A stretch of DNA of 64,000 bases, from the NCBI GenBank assembly GCA_028534125.1, contig CM052817.1, forward strand, positions 42,968,001 through 43,032,000. The letters run 5' to 3'. Positions 38,033 to 52,215 of the stretch are shown in pieces (the stretch's first letter is position 1; every line of letters starts with the position of its first letter). Below the pieces are notes generated by a model. It saw nothing but the letters and a program-made list of their open reading frames with translations, had not been told where the DNA came from and did not search any database. A program made the position numbers and the translations under genes. This DNA comes from Lama glama. Its lineage: Eukaryota.

Positions 38033-38214
38033 AAGAGTTTTCACAAACATTGTCTCAAGGGACCAGTGGAGAGAGTTCTCCATGCATATGTGGTGTTCAC
38101 ACCCACACACACATATATCATGATCTTTTATTCCCCACCTCACATTATCACTACACCTTGAGATAGTAAGTGCACACTCTCTCAGTCCTTTTCCTGGGGC
38201 TCTTGTACAAATCC

Positions 38215-41030
38215 AAGGGTTCTATCTCAAAAGGATATCATTATCAAAAGGACATGATGATCCTAATGTTTATAAACCTAATAACAGAAGCCAAAATACA
38301 TGAAGCAAAACTGACAGAACGCCAAGGGGAATTAGAAAAATACACATTTATAGATTGGTATTTAAATGCTCTACTCTCAATAATAGCAAAGAAAATTATA
38401 CAGAAAATCAGGATAAGTACAGAGGAAGTTCAATCGTGTATGAATTTCAAAATAGTTATACTGTATGAAAGAAGCCAGATTCCAAAAAAAAAAAAAAAGT
38501 AGAAACTATATGATTTTGCTAAAGCAGAACTTGGGGGAAATTTAAAGTAACAGATGTGTATACTAGAAATTTTTTTAAAATCTCAAATCAATAATCTCAG
38601 TTTCTACTTTAAGAATCTAAAAGGAAAAAATGAGTTAAAGTAGGGTAACTTAAATAGAAAAAGAAACACTAATTATCAAGAGGGGACCTGCTATACATAT
38701 TAAAATAATACTCGGGAAATTCTGAACAAACTTATGCCAATAAATTTGTCAAGTTAGATAAAATAAATAAAAATTTTAAAAGATACAAACTACCAAGGCT
38801 CACTCAAGAAAAAGCAGATAACATGGACAGCCCTATATTTCATTAAAGAAGATAGTTAAAAACCTTCTGTCTAAAAAAACTTCAGGCCCAGATGGTTTCA
38901 CTGGGGAATTTTACCAAGCATTTAAGAAAGAAAGAATGCCAATCCTACATAACCTCTTCCAGAAAATTGAAAAAGAGTGAATACTTTCCAATTTATACTA
39001 TGAGACCAGCATTACCCTGATACCAAAAAAAAAAAAAAGACAAAGAAAACTTCAGACCAATATTCTTCATGAAAACATATGTAAAAATTCTAACAAAATT
39101 TTAGAAATTGAATCCAATAATATATTAAAAAAATAATACCACGACAAACTGAGGTTTATCCCAGGAATGTACTGTTGCTTTAACATGAGAAATCTCCCCC
39201 TGCTATTCAGCATATTAACAAACCAAAAAAGGAAAACCATATGATCTTTGCAAAATAAGCACATAAAGCACTCAACAAAATCCAACATCCATTCTGATAA
39301 AAAATCACATAGCAAAGTAGGAATTGAAAGGAATCTTCTCAACGAGATAGAAAGCACCTATGAAAAGTTTACAGCTAATATCATACTTAAAGATGAAAAT
39401 TTGGAACAAGACAAAAATATCAATTTCATAACTTCTGTTTGACTCTGTACTGGAGATTCTAGCTAGTGCAATAAAGTAAGAAAAATGAATAAAGGGCATA
39501 CAAATCAGAATAAACAGCATGTAAAACTGTCTCTATTCACAGACAATGTGATCATCCGTGTGAAAGTAAAAGCTACTAATAAGTGAGATTTAAGGATTTA
39601 AGGATTTAAGATCAGCATACAAAAATCAGTTCAATTCCTATATGTCAGCAAAAAGTAATTGGAAATTGAATGTTTAAAATATCACTTATAATAGCATAAA
39701 AATACAAAATACTTAGGAATAAATCACACAAAAATGTGGAAAACCTGTACACCGAAAATCTCAGAATACTGTTCAGGGGAACCAAAGAAAAATAAAATAT
39801 ATAGAAAGATATAACATACGCATTGATCAAAAGACTCAAAATTGTTAAGATGTAATTTAACCCCAAACTGATCTACAGATTCAAAGTTCCAGCAGGCTTT
39901 TTACAGAAACTGACAAACTGAAACTCACAAAACACATATGTAAATACAAAGAACTTAAAATAGTCAAAAAGAAAAGAAAACAAAAATAGTGTTGGAGATT
40001 TAATACTACCTGATTTTAAGACTTCTTATAATCAAAGTTATGAGGAGAATATGGTATTTGTATAAATATATACCAACAGATCAATGAAGAAATAGACCCA
40101 CACATATATGGACAATTGTTTTCCACATTGCAAAGGAAATTCAATGGAAGAAGAAGAGTCTTTTCAACAGTGATGCAGGAACAACTGGATGCCCATAATC
40201 AAAAGCAAATCCATGACTGCATAGGGACGAGAAAGGTATGAGGGGATTAAAGGAAGGTGCCATGGAAAACTTTCGGAGACAACATATTTCTATATATTAG
40301 CAAAAAAACAATTGAAAAGTAAAAGTTAGAGAGCAGTATCATATACAATAGCATCAAAAATACCTAAGAAATTTATCGCTATGCAAAACTTCTCTGAAAA
40401 CTATAAAACATTTCTGATAAGAATTAAAGATCTGAATAAATGGAGCAAAGGACCACATGCATAGATTTGAACTTTCAACATTGTTGTTATCTATCCTGCC
40501 CAAAGTATGTATACATTCAATGCAAACCGTATAAAATCCCAACAGTCTTTTTTGAATAAATTGACAAGTTGATTCTAAAATTCATATGGAAGCGCAAATG
40601 ATCTAAATTATACAACACGGTATTTTAAAAGGACAAAGTTGGAGGACTTACACTAGCTGATAAAGCTATCAAGACAGTGTGGTGTTGGCTTAAAGAAACA
40701 GGAACAAATAGAATAGATCGGAAAGCTCAGAAATACATCCACAACACTTCTGGGCAATTGATTATCACCAAGGTGTCATGTAAATTTACAACGAAAAGAA
40801 ACTCTTTTTTTGCAAATGTTCCTGGAACAATTAGACATCCAAGTGGGAAAAAAAAGTAAACCTCAACTCCTACCTCACTCCATGCACAAAAGTTGATGTG
40901 AGATGTAACATAGCTCCTCACAAAAATTCTGGAACCATGAAGTTTCTAGAAGAAAGCACAGGATAATATTTTCATAATCTTAGACTCGGTAAAGATTTCA
41001 TAGAAAAATAAAATTACTAGTCATAAAAAA
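38215..41030 (+). mobile_element. Patchwork of at least two old L1M elements (ORF2 EN/RT remnants)
   Basis: 'caggcccagatggtttcactggggaattttaccaagcatttaag', 'gagaccagcattaccctgatacc'; the same ORF2 region appears twice (about 39650-40200 and 40300-41030); 3'UTR pieces at about 38420-38515 and 40205-40295. Confidence 0.9.
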
Positions 41031-41289
41031 GACTGTCTTATCCTTCTAAAATATGAAGTATTATTTTAAAAGTCCCTTTCCCACCATCCACAATACTGCC
41101 TCCCCACTCCCTTCTTCAATACAATAAGTTCTTTACAATTAATTGTTGTGGGCAGTGGTATCAATATTGTTATTAATGGTGGCAGTGGTGGTGATTGTAG
41201 AATTAGTGGTAGAAAAGAAAGGAGTACTAGTAGAGGAGGAGAAACAGGAGGAAGAAAAAGAAAGAAAAGGAGGAGCAGCAGAATTTAGC

Positions 41290-41465
41290 TATCCCTCCAC
41301 TAAAGGGCAAATATGAATAATTCCAGTTTCTCAATATTACAAAAAAGCTACAATAAACAGCCCTGTACATGTCTCCTTGAACATACGAGCTAGTATATCT
41401 AAAGTGGAATTTGGTGATCATAAAAATTGCCCTCAAAGTGCTTATACCTCATTAAAGTCTATGAG
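41290..41465 (-). mobile_element. L1ME-type fragment
   Basis: 'ttccagtttctcaatattacaaaaaagctacaataaacagccctgtacatgtctcctt...aattgccctcaaagtgcttatacc'. Confidence 0.6.
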
Positions 41466-41859
41466 TACATAAGGCATTTAGGGGGAGAAAAGCTGTAGCT
41501 TCTGTAATGTCACTGCAATTGATTCCCTTTGCAAAGTATAATAAATGTTTAGTTGTGGTTTTGAAAATGTGCAGTTTAGTGAGAGATAGACATAGATACA
41601 AATAAGCACATACGGTAGAGTAAGAATTATAGTATAGGTGTGTCGAGTTGCTCAGGAGTAAAAAGTAGAAAACTGCCTAGGAAAGCCAGGGAGGATACAC
41701 ACACGCAGGCGCACACACGAAAGTATCTGAACTGAATCATAAAGAACAAGTAATCTGACAGACTGAGAAAATTGAGAGAGAGAGAGAGAAGTCTTGGAAG
41801 AGCAGAACATACCATCAAAGGGGTGCCTGCAACTCTGTCTTCAGATACCATCTTGGCAT

Positions 41860-42070
41860 AGGGTCCCCAGTAACTTCAGGAAAATCACAGATGTTATCAG
41901 AGATAGAAATATTCTTCAACCAGTTTTGCATTTTACATATGCTGCATCTAAAACTCAAGCCCAGACTGATTTTCCCAAAATCATAGGCTTGTTACTGAAA
42001 AACTCAAGGGCAGAATTCAGGTCCACTTATTTTTAGTCCACTGTTGTTTCATTACAATGAGCTGCCTCCA
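41860..42070 (-). mobile_element. MIR/MIR3 fragment
   Basis: 'cattttacatatg...tgattttcccaaaatcatag...agggcagaattcaggtc...gctgcctc'. Confidence 0.55.
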
Positions 42071-42494
42071 TGAAGCAACAAGGAAAGTTTAAAAAAAAAA
42101 AAAGAGTACTTCTACTGTAATAAATATCCCTTTATTCCAAATTCATCAGGTTCAAATAAATAATACTACTTTCAGACAACATACAAAGATAATTGTCATG
42201 GTGTCTCTCTAGCTCTATAAAATCTGAAAAGGTCTTCTGATTCAGAATATGTTTTATTGTTAAACATGGGTTTTATAGTCTAATTTTTAAATTGACAATC
42301 CATGAATACTAGTAGAATAACTAGACTTACCAGAATATTATTATTAAGTAGAAGCTTAATGAATTGTTTATAAAATCAATAAATTACATATTGAATTACA
42401 TAATTTGCAATGCACTGTACTAGGCACTTTAGAGCACACAGACATTGTAATTTGGCACCTATTACCTACCCTGCAGTTCATTTGTGCTACTCAG

Positions 42495-42715
42495 TTTAAC
42501 TCATAGGATATGACATCCGAAATATCTGGGTTTATATGCTGGCTCCACTTACTTGCTACGTGATCTTGGCCAAATAATCAAAACTCTTTAAAGCTTTGAT
42601 TTCCTTCTCTATAAAATGAAGTAATAATATTATCCAGTTTATGAGGTGCAGTGAGTATTAAATGAAATGAATTCAAAGCAGTCATCATATTGCTTGATAC
42701 ACAGTTAAATGGTCA
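42495..42715 (+). mobile_element. MIR SINE
   Basis: 'ctgggtttatatgctggctccacttacttgctacgtgatcttggcc...ataaaatgaagtaataat...gtgagtattaaatgaa'. Confidence 0.85.
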
Positions 42716-42784
42716 TCAGTCAGCACTGGCTGACATCCTCATAATCACCATTTTTATCATCTTCATCTTGCCACGATAGTCTTG

Positions 42785-43370
42785 GTCCACGTCTTAGCTT
42801 AGGTCTAGAAAACAGAGCCTGGACCAAGATTAAGTGCTGGTGCTTTCTTGGGGGTATAAAAACCAGGGCAGTGAAAATGAAGAAAAAAGGAAAATGAGGC
42901 AAGAAAGGATGCAAAGCCACACAAAAAGACTTCCCTGCTAGGTACAGCTTCATAATGAACTGTAAGAAGACATACTAGATCCCTCAGCAGAAGCATACTT
43001 GTTTGGCCATATGCAGCTTCTTCAGATGAGTTATGTGGCTGTGTGGTTGAAATTGTCCAAGGGAAAGAGGAAGAAGGGGGCAGGGGTATTTACTTTCTCC
43101 CTCCTATCTTCAATCTCCCATTGATCAAAGTTTGCTTCATGGGAATTAGCACACTGTACTTCTGGACTGTGTCATCCAGCTCCTCAGGTGGCTACTTAAG
43201 GTGCCAGATGCCACACCCAGTACTGTGGGATTCCGTTCAAGTCTAAAATGATTAGAGGAGTCAGAAATTCTGAGTTGTAGCCAGTAAACCTGACTGCACT
43301 GTGGCAACCACAGAGAGTAACAGGGGTTACTATCCAAGACAGCACAGAAGATCTGTGTCATATATGCTCT
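42785..43370 (-). mobile_element. ERVL LTR, LTR33-like
   Basis: 'tcttagcttaggtctagaaaacagagcctggaccaagatt...cccattgatcaaagtttgc'. Confidence 0.55.
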
Positions 43371-43416
43371 GGTTCTCACATACCAACAGCTTGAAATTAG
43401 AGACTCCTAATAAAGG

Positions 43417-43740
43417 TGTATTGGTCGGGTTTTGCTGCAATAGTGCTGCATAACAAACAAACCACCAAATTCCAATAATTTAAAACAAAAAAAGCTTATT
43501 TCTCCCTCACAGGTCTGCAGGCTGGCAGTGGATTGGCTGAGTTCAATTAGGTTCAGCTTGGCCCATGGTCAGGCTGGTTTCTTGAGGTTCTGATTCTGGA
43601 ACCCAGGCAAAAGGAGCTGTGGCTGCCCATGGCATGTTCCTCTCATAGCAGATCGCAGGCACTTAAGCAAGGCAGTCGGAAACTTCCCATGTCTCTTAAA
43701 GCTTTGGCTCAAAACAGGCACACTGTGACTTCTGTGAAAA
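43417..43740 (-). mobile_element. MaLR LTR (MLT1I/J-like)
   Basis: 'tgctgcataacaaacaaaccacc...ctggaacccaggc...ggcatgttcctctcatagcag...ggcacactgtgacttctg'. Confidence 0.75.
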
Positions 43741-45714
43741 ACAGCAACAACTCACAAAATCAAGCTTATGATCCACATTGTGCTTCTAAAATCCCTAGCA
43801 GTGCCCCTAATCAAACTGACCCCCATCATTGATGTTTTCTATTTCTTGAGGATAATCTGTATTTATCAATACCAACAACAGCATGGGTATTTATTTTAAC
43901 TAATTTGGTTTCCATAATCACATTCTGAATCCTTTGAGGTATCACTTCTTCTAAGTCATTTCTTTGTACTGAGATTTGATTATTGCACACAACTTGAATT
44001 TTACTTCATTAGCAACACCATTTGTTCCTATTAACACCCCCAGAGACAAAGGACATCTAGAGAAATGTAGAACTCCAAGTACTATGCATTCATGAACTGG
44101 AATGAAAAGTTCCTAAGCAATAGGGTTCTTGATACCAAGAATAGCCTAGCTGTTCCCTAGCCTTCTTCCAAGCCCCATGTGTTTGCTTAGTTAACACACT
44201 AAACTCTTTTTTTCTTTTTACCACTGCCAGCATTGCAAAGTCAAAATAGCTGTGGAGGAACAAGCTGTTCTGCCTCATGTCTCATCAACATTCCTTGCTC
44301 AGTGTATCAAAACACAGAAAGCATACAGAGCAAATGCAGCAACTCCAGAAAGTTCTCCACTGGGGATTTGCTTCCTGTGAAACTATCCACAGCTGCCTAC
44401 TCAGAACAGCAGAAGAAAGGTGGGTCTCCTAGTCAAATCCAAATGAGGTCACAGCAAGCAAGTATGGTTTTAAACTCTCATTTCATCAGTTGAAAAACAA
44501 AAGTCTATTATGCAGGCTCACATGAACTAGTATCAAGAGTAAAACCTGCAAATAAGTATTCTTTCCAAAGGACCGATTTAAAATTATTAGGGGAAGTTAT
44601 ATCCTAAGTTCATTTAAAAAAAAAAAGCCATTGAACTAACATTCTAAGCCAAATCACCTATTCATCTAGGAAGGATTTTCATTTCTAATAGCAGCCATAT
44701 TGCAAGATGTCCTGTGCCAAGTACATAAGATGGATCCATTTAAAAAGCAAGCTAAGAGGAAAGATTGATAAGATGATCACTGCCACTTTCATTCAGTTCA
44801 GGTAATCAACTTTGCCTTTAAGATCAAAAAAAAAATCAACAGGAGAAAGATTAATCTATTTGTCTGCATTTGAACATATATAAAATTAAATATTCAATTT
44901 ACAGTCTTTCTCTTATTCATGACCTTGCAATTCAATTAATATCTATCCCAACAAAATAGTTTCTATTTGTATAGTTAAAACATGAAATTCTCATTGAACA
45001 TGAAAAGAGATCAGAGTTATAAGTAGGATATTTGAATTAATACTTAATAGTTAATAATTATTACTATTGTAACTTATAGATGAGTCACAATAAAAATAAC
45101 CAAAGAGAACTTTTGCTAGACAGTTGTGATTTTTTAGAATATTGGCAAGAAGCTGTTGTCTTTCCAATAAAAGCCAAGATGATCTAAACTGCCAGTCTCC
45201 TTTACCTCTGCTTCTACCTTCCTGCCACATAAAAGGAAGAAATATCCCAGGTGTTCTTTCCAAATGGCTACAATAGACAATTGTGCATAGACACATGGCA
45301 ATAGCCACATGCCTTACGTTCCAGCAATACATTAAGACCAGAAAGAGAAAGAGCTACAAGAGGAATAATACAGTACAAAAGACAATACACTAAGTCTCAA
45401 GCTTGAGCAATTGCAGATAGAGAAACTGATAATTCTCTGACTGCAGAGGTCATGCCTAAAACAAACAAACAAAAAAGGCCAACCCAAAGTGGATTATGAG
45501 GGTTTACAAGAGAAAATGGTACAGAGCTAGGTGAGAAAAGAAGAGATTATGAACAAGACAGATCTAATCTTGTCCACATCCTCTCTTTGCTTTAAAGTGT
45601 TTCACATATTTTGGTAATAAAGTGTTTACAGTCATCATTAGTCCTTCAGACTGAGTGTAATAGCATATACCTGTTTTGAAATTTGCTGTTTTACTCATTA
45701 TATGGAGAATTCCT

Positions 45715-46215
45715 CTACATATTATGGTAAAGAGCTATGTAGCTATAATAAAAAACACCTAGCAATACAGTGACTTAAAAATAACATTATGGGTCTTCCA
45801 TCAAACAGCTCTGAGGAGAGCAATGCAGTTTGATGGGACAGTTCTGCTCCAGTCCATCATTTGAGATTCCAGATTCCTTTCATCCTGCTATTCCACTATC
45901 CCCCAGGGCATCACTGTCACCTGCACGGTTGAAGCTGGATGACTAGAGATTCCAGCTGGAGGAGAAGAAAAGGCATGAAAGAGGCACACCCACTGCCTTC
46001 AAGACTAGGGCTGGAGTTTACACATAACACTTCTTACCTTCTATTAGTGAGAACTTCACCACATCCAAATGCAAAGGGATACGGAAAATGTGGTTGAGCC
46101 TCCTTTTTTTAAAGTCACTGTGTTGGTGGGTCCCTTTATTAGAGCAGTTTAACTTTTTACTCTAGGCACATGGAAAGAGAGAACAAAAGTTGGACAACCA
46201 GCAATCTCCATATTT
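45715..46215 (-). mobile_element. Old MaLR LTR (MLT1J/K-like)
   Basis: 'caatacagtgacttaaaaataac...tttcatcctgctattccactatcccccagg...tacataacacttc...tgcaaagggatacggaaaatgtgg'. Confidence 0.6.
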
Positions 46216-46319
46216 CCAAAGAATGGCATGAAAAAGGGCGAGTTTTATTAGTACCTTTCAGAATCTACATATAAAAAATTATTTCTGTTCACAATCTGTT
46301 CCTAAATCACAGGAAAAAA

Positions 46320-46480
46320 TTCAATGGAAGGAATCTCAGAGATAACTAGTTTAAACCTCTAACACATGAGAAAACTGAGGCCCAGAGGAATGAAGCTGCC
46401 TCTTAAGCAGCTAGTAAGAAAAGCAAGACTGGAATCCATGTTTATACATTCTCAGCCCAATGTTCTTCACAGCCTGGCAT
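46320..46480 (-). mobile_element. MIR fragment
   Basis: 'catgagaaaactgaggcccagagg...cagctagtaag...caagactggaatcc'. Confidence 0.7.
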
Positions 46481-46684
46481 GAATTAGCTAAGATATGCAT
46501 TTGCCTAAGTCATCTGAACACCTCGAGTCAGTCAAGGAAGGTCAGGCTCCAAAGTAGACTTTTTCCCTCTCCTAACTTAGGTGGTTTGGCTATCTAGCCA
46601 ATTCAGAAGTCCCAATAAATGCTATGTTCCGTTTCATACTTTAATGTAAATAATTTATTTATATGAAGGAGGAATTGAGAAAGA

Positions 46685-46835
46685 TTTGGGACTGGCCTGT
46701 GCATTTAGCAGCATCTTTGGCCTCTGCCCACCAGATGCCAATAGCAACCCTCCCGCTCTCCAGCTGTGACAACCAAAAATGTCTCCAGACATTTCTAAAT
46801 GACCCCTAGCGAGAAAATTACTCTAGTCATTGATT
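46685..46835. mobile_element. MER20 hAT DNA transposon fragment
   Basis: 'tttagcagcatctttggcctctgcccaccagatgccaatagca...tgtgacaaccaaaaatgtctccagacatt'. Confidence 0.88.
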
Positions 46836-47439
46836 TAAGCTGTAAGGGGGAAAAAGAATTAAGACACAGACAAAAGATCTCAGAGAAAGCTGTATGAGTG
46901 AGCAAGAATTTGCCATCCCCTAGAAAAATATTCCCCAATAATGAGAACACATATCAATAAACTCTGAGCCACTCCCTGGGTCAAGTTCTGGAGACGTGGC
47001 AACATGCCCAGATTAGCTTGTGGGGTCCAAGAACAGAAGGGTCTTGTAATCTATTGTCCCAGTAAAGTCCTGGGAGATGCTAGTATCTCAGAGGAGAAAC
47101 AGTTGCAGAATATATCTACATGAACCACGGCACGGCATGGGAGAAAGAGAGTAATTCCTGGTCACTCAAGAGTGGCCTGGAAATAGTAGAGAAAACAGCA
47201 GACCAGAAGGGGTCACATAGATGGGACCAAAGGTCATCTCTGCAGCAACCAGAAAGGAGCACTGATGGGGGACCAGGCTAACTGGGATACAGCCCAGGGA
47301 CACCTGTGTGGCATGATGTTAAGGATCTGATGGTCTCCACATCACATCTTGCTGGTGCTGAAGGCAACTCCAGAGAAAGAGGAGGGATTGCCCAAATTTT
47401 ATGAGGTTAATTTTCTGCTACTGCAACTAAAAAAGAGGC

Positions 47440-47852
47440 TGTATATTAGTTTCCCAGGGCTGTCATCAATTTACCACAAACTAAATAGATGAAAACAACA
47501 GAAATTCATTTCTCACAGTTCTGGAGGCTGAAAGTCTGAAATTAAGAATGTCAGCAGGGCTGAAGTCTCTAGAGAGGAATCTTTCTTTGCCTCTTCCTGC
47601 TTCTGCTGGTTGCCAGCAATCCTTGTCCTTCTTTGACTTGTAGATGCATCTCTCCAGTCTCTGCCATCACCTGCACATTTCTCCTCTGTTTGTGTTCACA
47701 CATTTCCCTCTTATTAGAGCCTACCCTAATCCAATATGACCTGATTTTAGGTTGATTATATCAGCAAAGACCCGATTTTCAAATAAAGTCACCCTCCCAG
47801 ACTCTGGGTGGACATGAATTTGGGTGGGAGGGGCACTATTCAACCCAGTTAC
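47440..47852 (-). mobile_element. MaLR solo LTR (MLT1B/C-like)
   Basis: 'tgtatattagtttcccagggctg...tctcacagttctggaggctgaaagtctgaaatt...ggacatgaattttggg...cactattcaacccagttaca'. Confidence 0.88.
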
Positions 47853-49494
47853 AGGTTACAATAGAAGTTAACCAATCTTTAGAAAAATAAAATTATATCT
47901 TTTGCCTTCCTGAGTTTGTGGCTTACAGTTTGTACCAATCACAGACAATAAAGAAAAAAAATGTAACTTCACCAGTAACAGCTAAAAATTGTATATTCTA
48001 GATCTCGACTAATTAACCATTTGTCTACTATGTTTCTGAGGAATATTTAGATTCTTCTTTCAACATAAAAGACAGCTGTATTGTAACATGTGCTAAATCA
48101 TCCACTATAAAATCACTGACATGTATAATTGGTTCTTAAAACCTTTTTTGAAAAATTAACTAACTTGAGTTAAAATTAAAAGAAGAGAGTATGAATAATT
48201 TTCACCTCACTTATTTGTAGAAACCATTCTGCCTCAATGTGCTTTTCTTCTCTTGCAAAACTGGTCAGGGATATCATGGCGTCAGCACTAAGAGAGAGCA
48301 TTTGTGTCTAATATGTGATTTGGGGCAAGGCAAAAAAAAAAAAAGAGAGAGAAGAGATAAAGGCAGAAATGGTCTTACTGACAAAAACCACACCCTCATA
48401 TAATCCACAGGTGAACTCCAAAATATGCCTACATTTATAGCAATTCATATTTCTTTCTGTTTTGACCCATATCATTGAAACAAACATGCAAAATAAGAAC
48501 ATCAGCAATGCACCAGAATGAATCTGAGGTGGGAACTTCTGATGGAAAGAGTACAGGGCTTATTATAGCCCCCAGTCTGTCTTTTTGTCTATTTATTCAC
48601 ACAGGGGAAGAGGAACACGAAGAAGATAAAACTGGAGAAGACAGTAGCCATTCCCCCACCAACAGGCAGACAGGTGTTGATGAGCAGACCTGCCCGAATC
48701 GGCCTCCCACCTCTGTCCTGGCCAGCATGTGGCCACCACCTCAACCACCAAAGACATGTACGCTTGCATGTACATAGGTGCAAATTATACAGAGAAGATA
48801 TGTGTGGTACACAAACAGGTTTCCAGTTCCTACTAGGTACTAGGCCCTGTTTTACACAGTGGGAAAAGTGAATATCAAGAATGCAGAGAAGGAAGGAAGG
48901 AAGGAGTCAGCCCCAGGAGAGGTGGTATGGAGACTGAGTCAGGGGACACTGTCGCTTAGCAAGGACCCTCAGTCCCATCCCTGTTACCTTAAAGGTTTGG
49001 AGGGGTGAAAAGACTAATGCTAGTGGGATCAACACAAACCTTTTTAGGACTTTTCTTCTCTCCCTACTTCATCCCTGAGCACATCACTGTCCTGTTCCAA
49101 TCACATGATCTGCTCACAAAGGGAGAAGAAATATAAAGAAATCTAAACAGAGGGGTTTGTGGAGCTTGTGTCATTTGCTAAACCCTAGATAGGATTCAGA
49201 TAACATTTAAGACAAATGAATCCTGGGAAGTAGAGTTACATAAAATTTCTCAATCATATTCACCATTTATTTTGTGGTAATCCATCAATCTGGTGGGGTG
49301 TTGAAGAATGTGGCAAGCTGAATTAGCTTTTAATACATCCAAACACAGCATCTAGATCAATTACCAGAGTTTAGTTGTTCGATCACCCAGATGTGTCCTT
49401 AGTACCTGAAGCTAAATAGTAACTTAAGATAACCTCCAAGTCATAAGGAGAAACACAATCACGTGATTTACTAATTTTTCTGTTTATCCAGCAA

Positions 49495-49615
49495 GCAAGC
49501 CAGCCAGCCAACAATACTAATTATCCACCTATTATAGGCCAGACCTTGGGCTAAGCAGTTAGGGATATCAAGAAGAAAAGAAATGGTCCCTGTCCACAGG
49601 AAATTCATAATACTG
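49495..49615 (-). mobile_element. L2 3'-end fragment
   Basis: 'cacctattataggccagaccttgggctaagcagttagggata...tggtccctgtccacagg'. Confidence 0.6.
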
Positions 49616-51884
49616 TACAGTCGTCTCAAATATTTTTTACTGTACACCACCATTGGGAAAAGAAGTTTGAGCACATATGTCCAACATGAAAAACTTACAT
49701 TTCTTTATTTCTAAATTATAAACAAGTTAATACTGTACGAATAAAGAGTGTATATATCATATACAATACTACTACTATATTCAGAAAGTGTATGTTTATA
49801 TGTAGATAAATTATATCAGAAAACACACAGACAAAAATTGAAGGTAAAAGGAATGAAATGAAAAATAAATAGTTCTAAACAGAGTCAGAGAAAGAGTTCA
49901 AAGGGAAAAATCAGACCCTTAAATCAGTAACATCAGCCACAGGACTGAAGGACAGGACACTGCTCTTTCGCAAAGGTGGTCCTAACAGGAGCCCTGCAAA
50001 GCACGGCAGTGGCCTCAGTGTTGTTCCATCCACTGTTCACGCCACACTGCCCTGTTCCATCATTAAGATTACAGCACACAAGATTCCCAGATGTGAGAGA
50101 CTAGTGTCAGCTAGTCCTACATAAATGATTTAGAATACAAATTTGGGAGACAGAGAAAAATAGTTTTGCTTTGGAAAAATCCAAAGCCACCTTAGTTTTA
50201 ATTTTGTGTGGAAATGTAAAAGACACTTCAGGATACTAACTGAAGCTTAAGTAGGAAAAAAACCATATTATCCACAAGTTCTTTTTTGCAGTCATTAATA
50301 ACATAACAATGAAAAGCCAAATTCTGCCACATTATTGGCAACCATCGTTAGATCACTAAAAAGAATGATCTTATCATTGACAGATGCTAAGACTCAGTGG
50401 TTTGAATCACACCATGTGTTACAAATTAAAAGGGCTAAAATCACAATAATGCTAATCTGGAAACGAAGAGGAGAAAAACAATTGTTAGGAGCTGCAGGAC
50501 CACCATTTAAAAGTAACCACACATATTAATCCCCCAAAATTGTGCATGGAATTAGATAATATATTAGCCCAGGTATGCACTGAGCAAGTCATGGTCCACT
50601 CTGCATAAAGCTTTCAATGGGAAAAAGTATCCATAATATGTTTCTACTCCTATTAAAAAGATATATTTATACGTTTATACATGGGGGAAAAGTATAAGAA
50701 TATATGCTGAGCTATTTACTTATATATGGACGGGAGTTGGAAAGAGAAACTTTTACCTTCTTAAACATCCATACCTCTAAGTCTGAATTTTATAAGGATA
50801 ATTCACTATTCTTATAATCTGGAAAAAATGCAGAACTATTTTTAACAAACAAACAAAAAAACCTACTGAAAGAAAGCATATTATAGTGTAATAGAAAACA
50901 TACAGGACTAAAAATCAGTAGGCTTGGGTTCAAAAAAATCAACGCTGCCACTCACCAGTCATGAAATAGATGGTCATTAATATTGGTGATGGTGCTGGTG
51001 CTGGTGCTGGTGGTGGTGGCTGTTATAGCAAGAAAATTCAATCAATTGACTCTAAAGGACCCCTTAAATTTGCCTAAGTCACCTCTGCTCTAATTTTGCC
51101 TCTTTCACCTGTATTGTATTCCAGCACTGCCCCCTACCCACTATACGCTGCATTACAACCTGCTCAAAAAAGATGCTTTCTCCCCACCTGTGATAAAGCA
51201 ATGCACATACCCAAAATAGCATACAATGGACTTTAATCTTTACAAGGCCTCCTGGCTTCCTCCCCGAGACTACAGCTAGAGGATGGGCAAGCAAAGCTGC
51301 TTGGTGGAGGATGACATGTATGTATTGAATGGTCCTATCTGGAAAGTGAGAACTACCACCCTGACTGGGAGGCTCCCCAGCCAGTGACCCAGGAGAGCAC
51401 CTTGTCTCCGTTCTGCTGCTGAATGACTCCTCCAGACCTGAGCAGCCCTGGTTCTAGTTTCACAATCACCTCTACACAGAGCAGCACCCAGGGCCAGTCC
51501 TTTGACTCTCTGTCTGGAAGAACACTCCAGGAATGTATGTCAAAGTGAAGCTGTCTCTCCATGCTGTACTACATGAGTTTACAGAGAGTGATTCCTGGGT
51601 AGCTTCTTGAATTTTATCTCAGCAAACATTTAGCAAGTGCTGTATAACGTGCTAGATACTAAGTCAATAGCTGGACATGAGTAAGATTTGGCCCCTCCCC
51701 TTAGTGTTCCACATAATAGCTAGTATCTCAAACTGGTGCATGTAAACAGAAGTAAGATACATATCATCATTCATAGGTTCATTTCTTCATGTTAAAAATG
51801 AAGAAGACCTGGGCCTTATCCTCTAAGAGTTTACTTACTAGTATTTGGTTTACAGTGATATATAGAAACAGAAGTGGGAGATAG

Positions 51885-52215
51885 GATTTTTTTAAAATTT
51901 ATTAAGCATTTACTATGTCCTACTCACTAGGCTGGATACCAGGGATACAAAAAAAAAAATCGCTACTTCCCAGAAGCTGATAGGAAATAAACAAATTATA
52001 GAGAGTGAGGCAGGAAGAGCACTGCTCTATGACTGGTCAACCTCTTCCTGGAGGATTTGAGGAGTTTGTCCCGGAGGAAGGACATGGAATCAGACCTTAA
52101 GAGATCACTTCTTGCTACGTAAAGAACAGAAGAGATGGAGGGTGGCCAGGAATACCACCAGACACATGGAGGGAGAAAAGGACAAAGGTAAGCAGGGGGT
52201 CCCAACTGTGCCAGG
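51885..52215 (-). mobile_element. L2 3' fragment
   Basis: 'atttattaagcatttactatgtcc...taggctggataccagggataca'. Confidence 0.6.

Noticed and set aside
38170..40921. L1 ORF2-like peptide fragments
   Set aside because: Heavily frameshifted transposon relics, not host genes or active L1.
46850..47430. GC-richer block that might be an old LTR
   Set aside because: Could not identify termini, TSD or family.
48205..48300. Minus-strand exon-like segment (ADAMISLTSFAREEKHIEAEWFLQI)
   Set aside because: Only moderate splice sites and no recognisable product; expected by chance in 64 kb.
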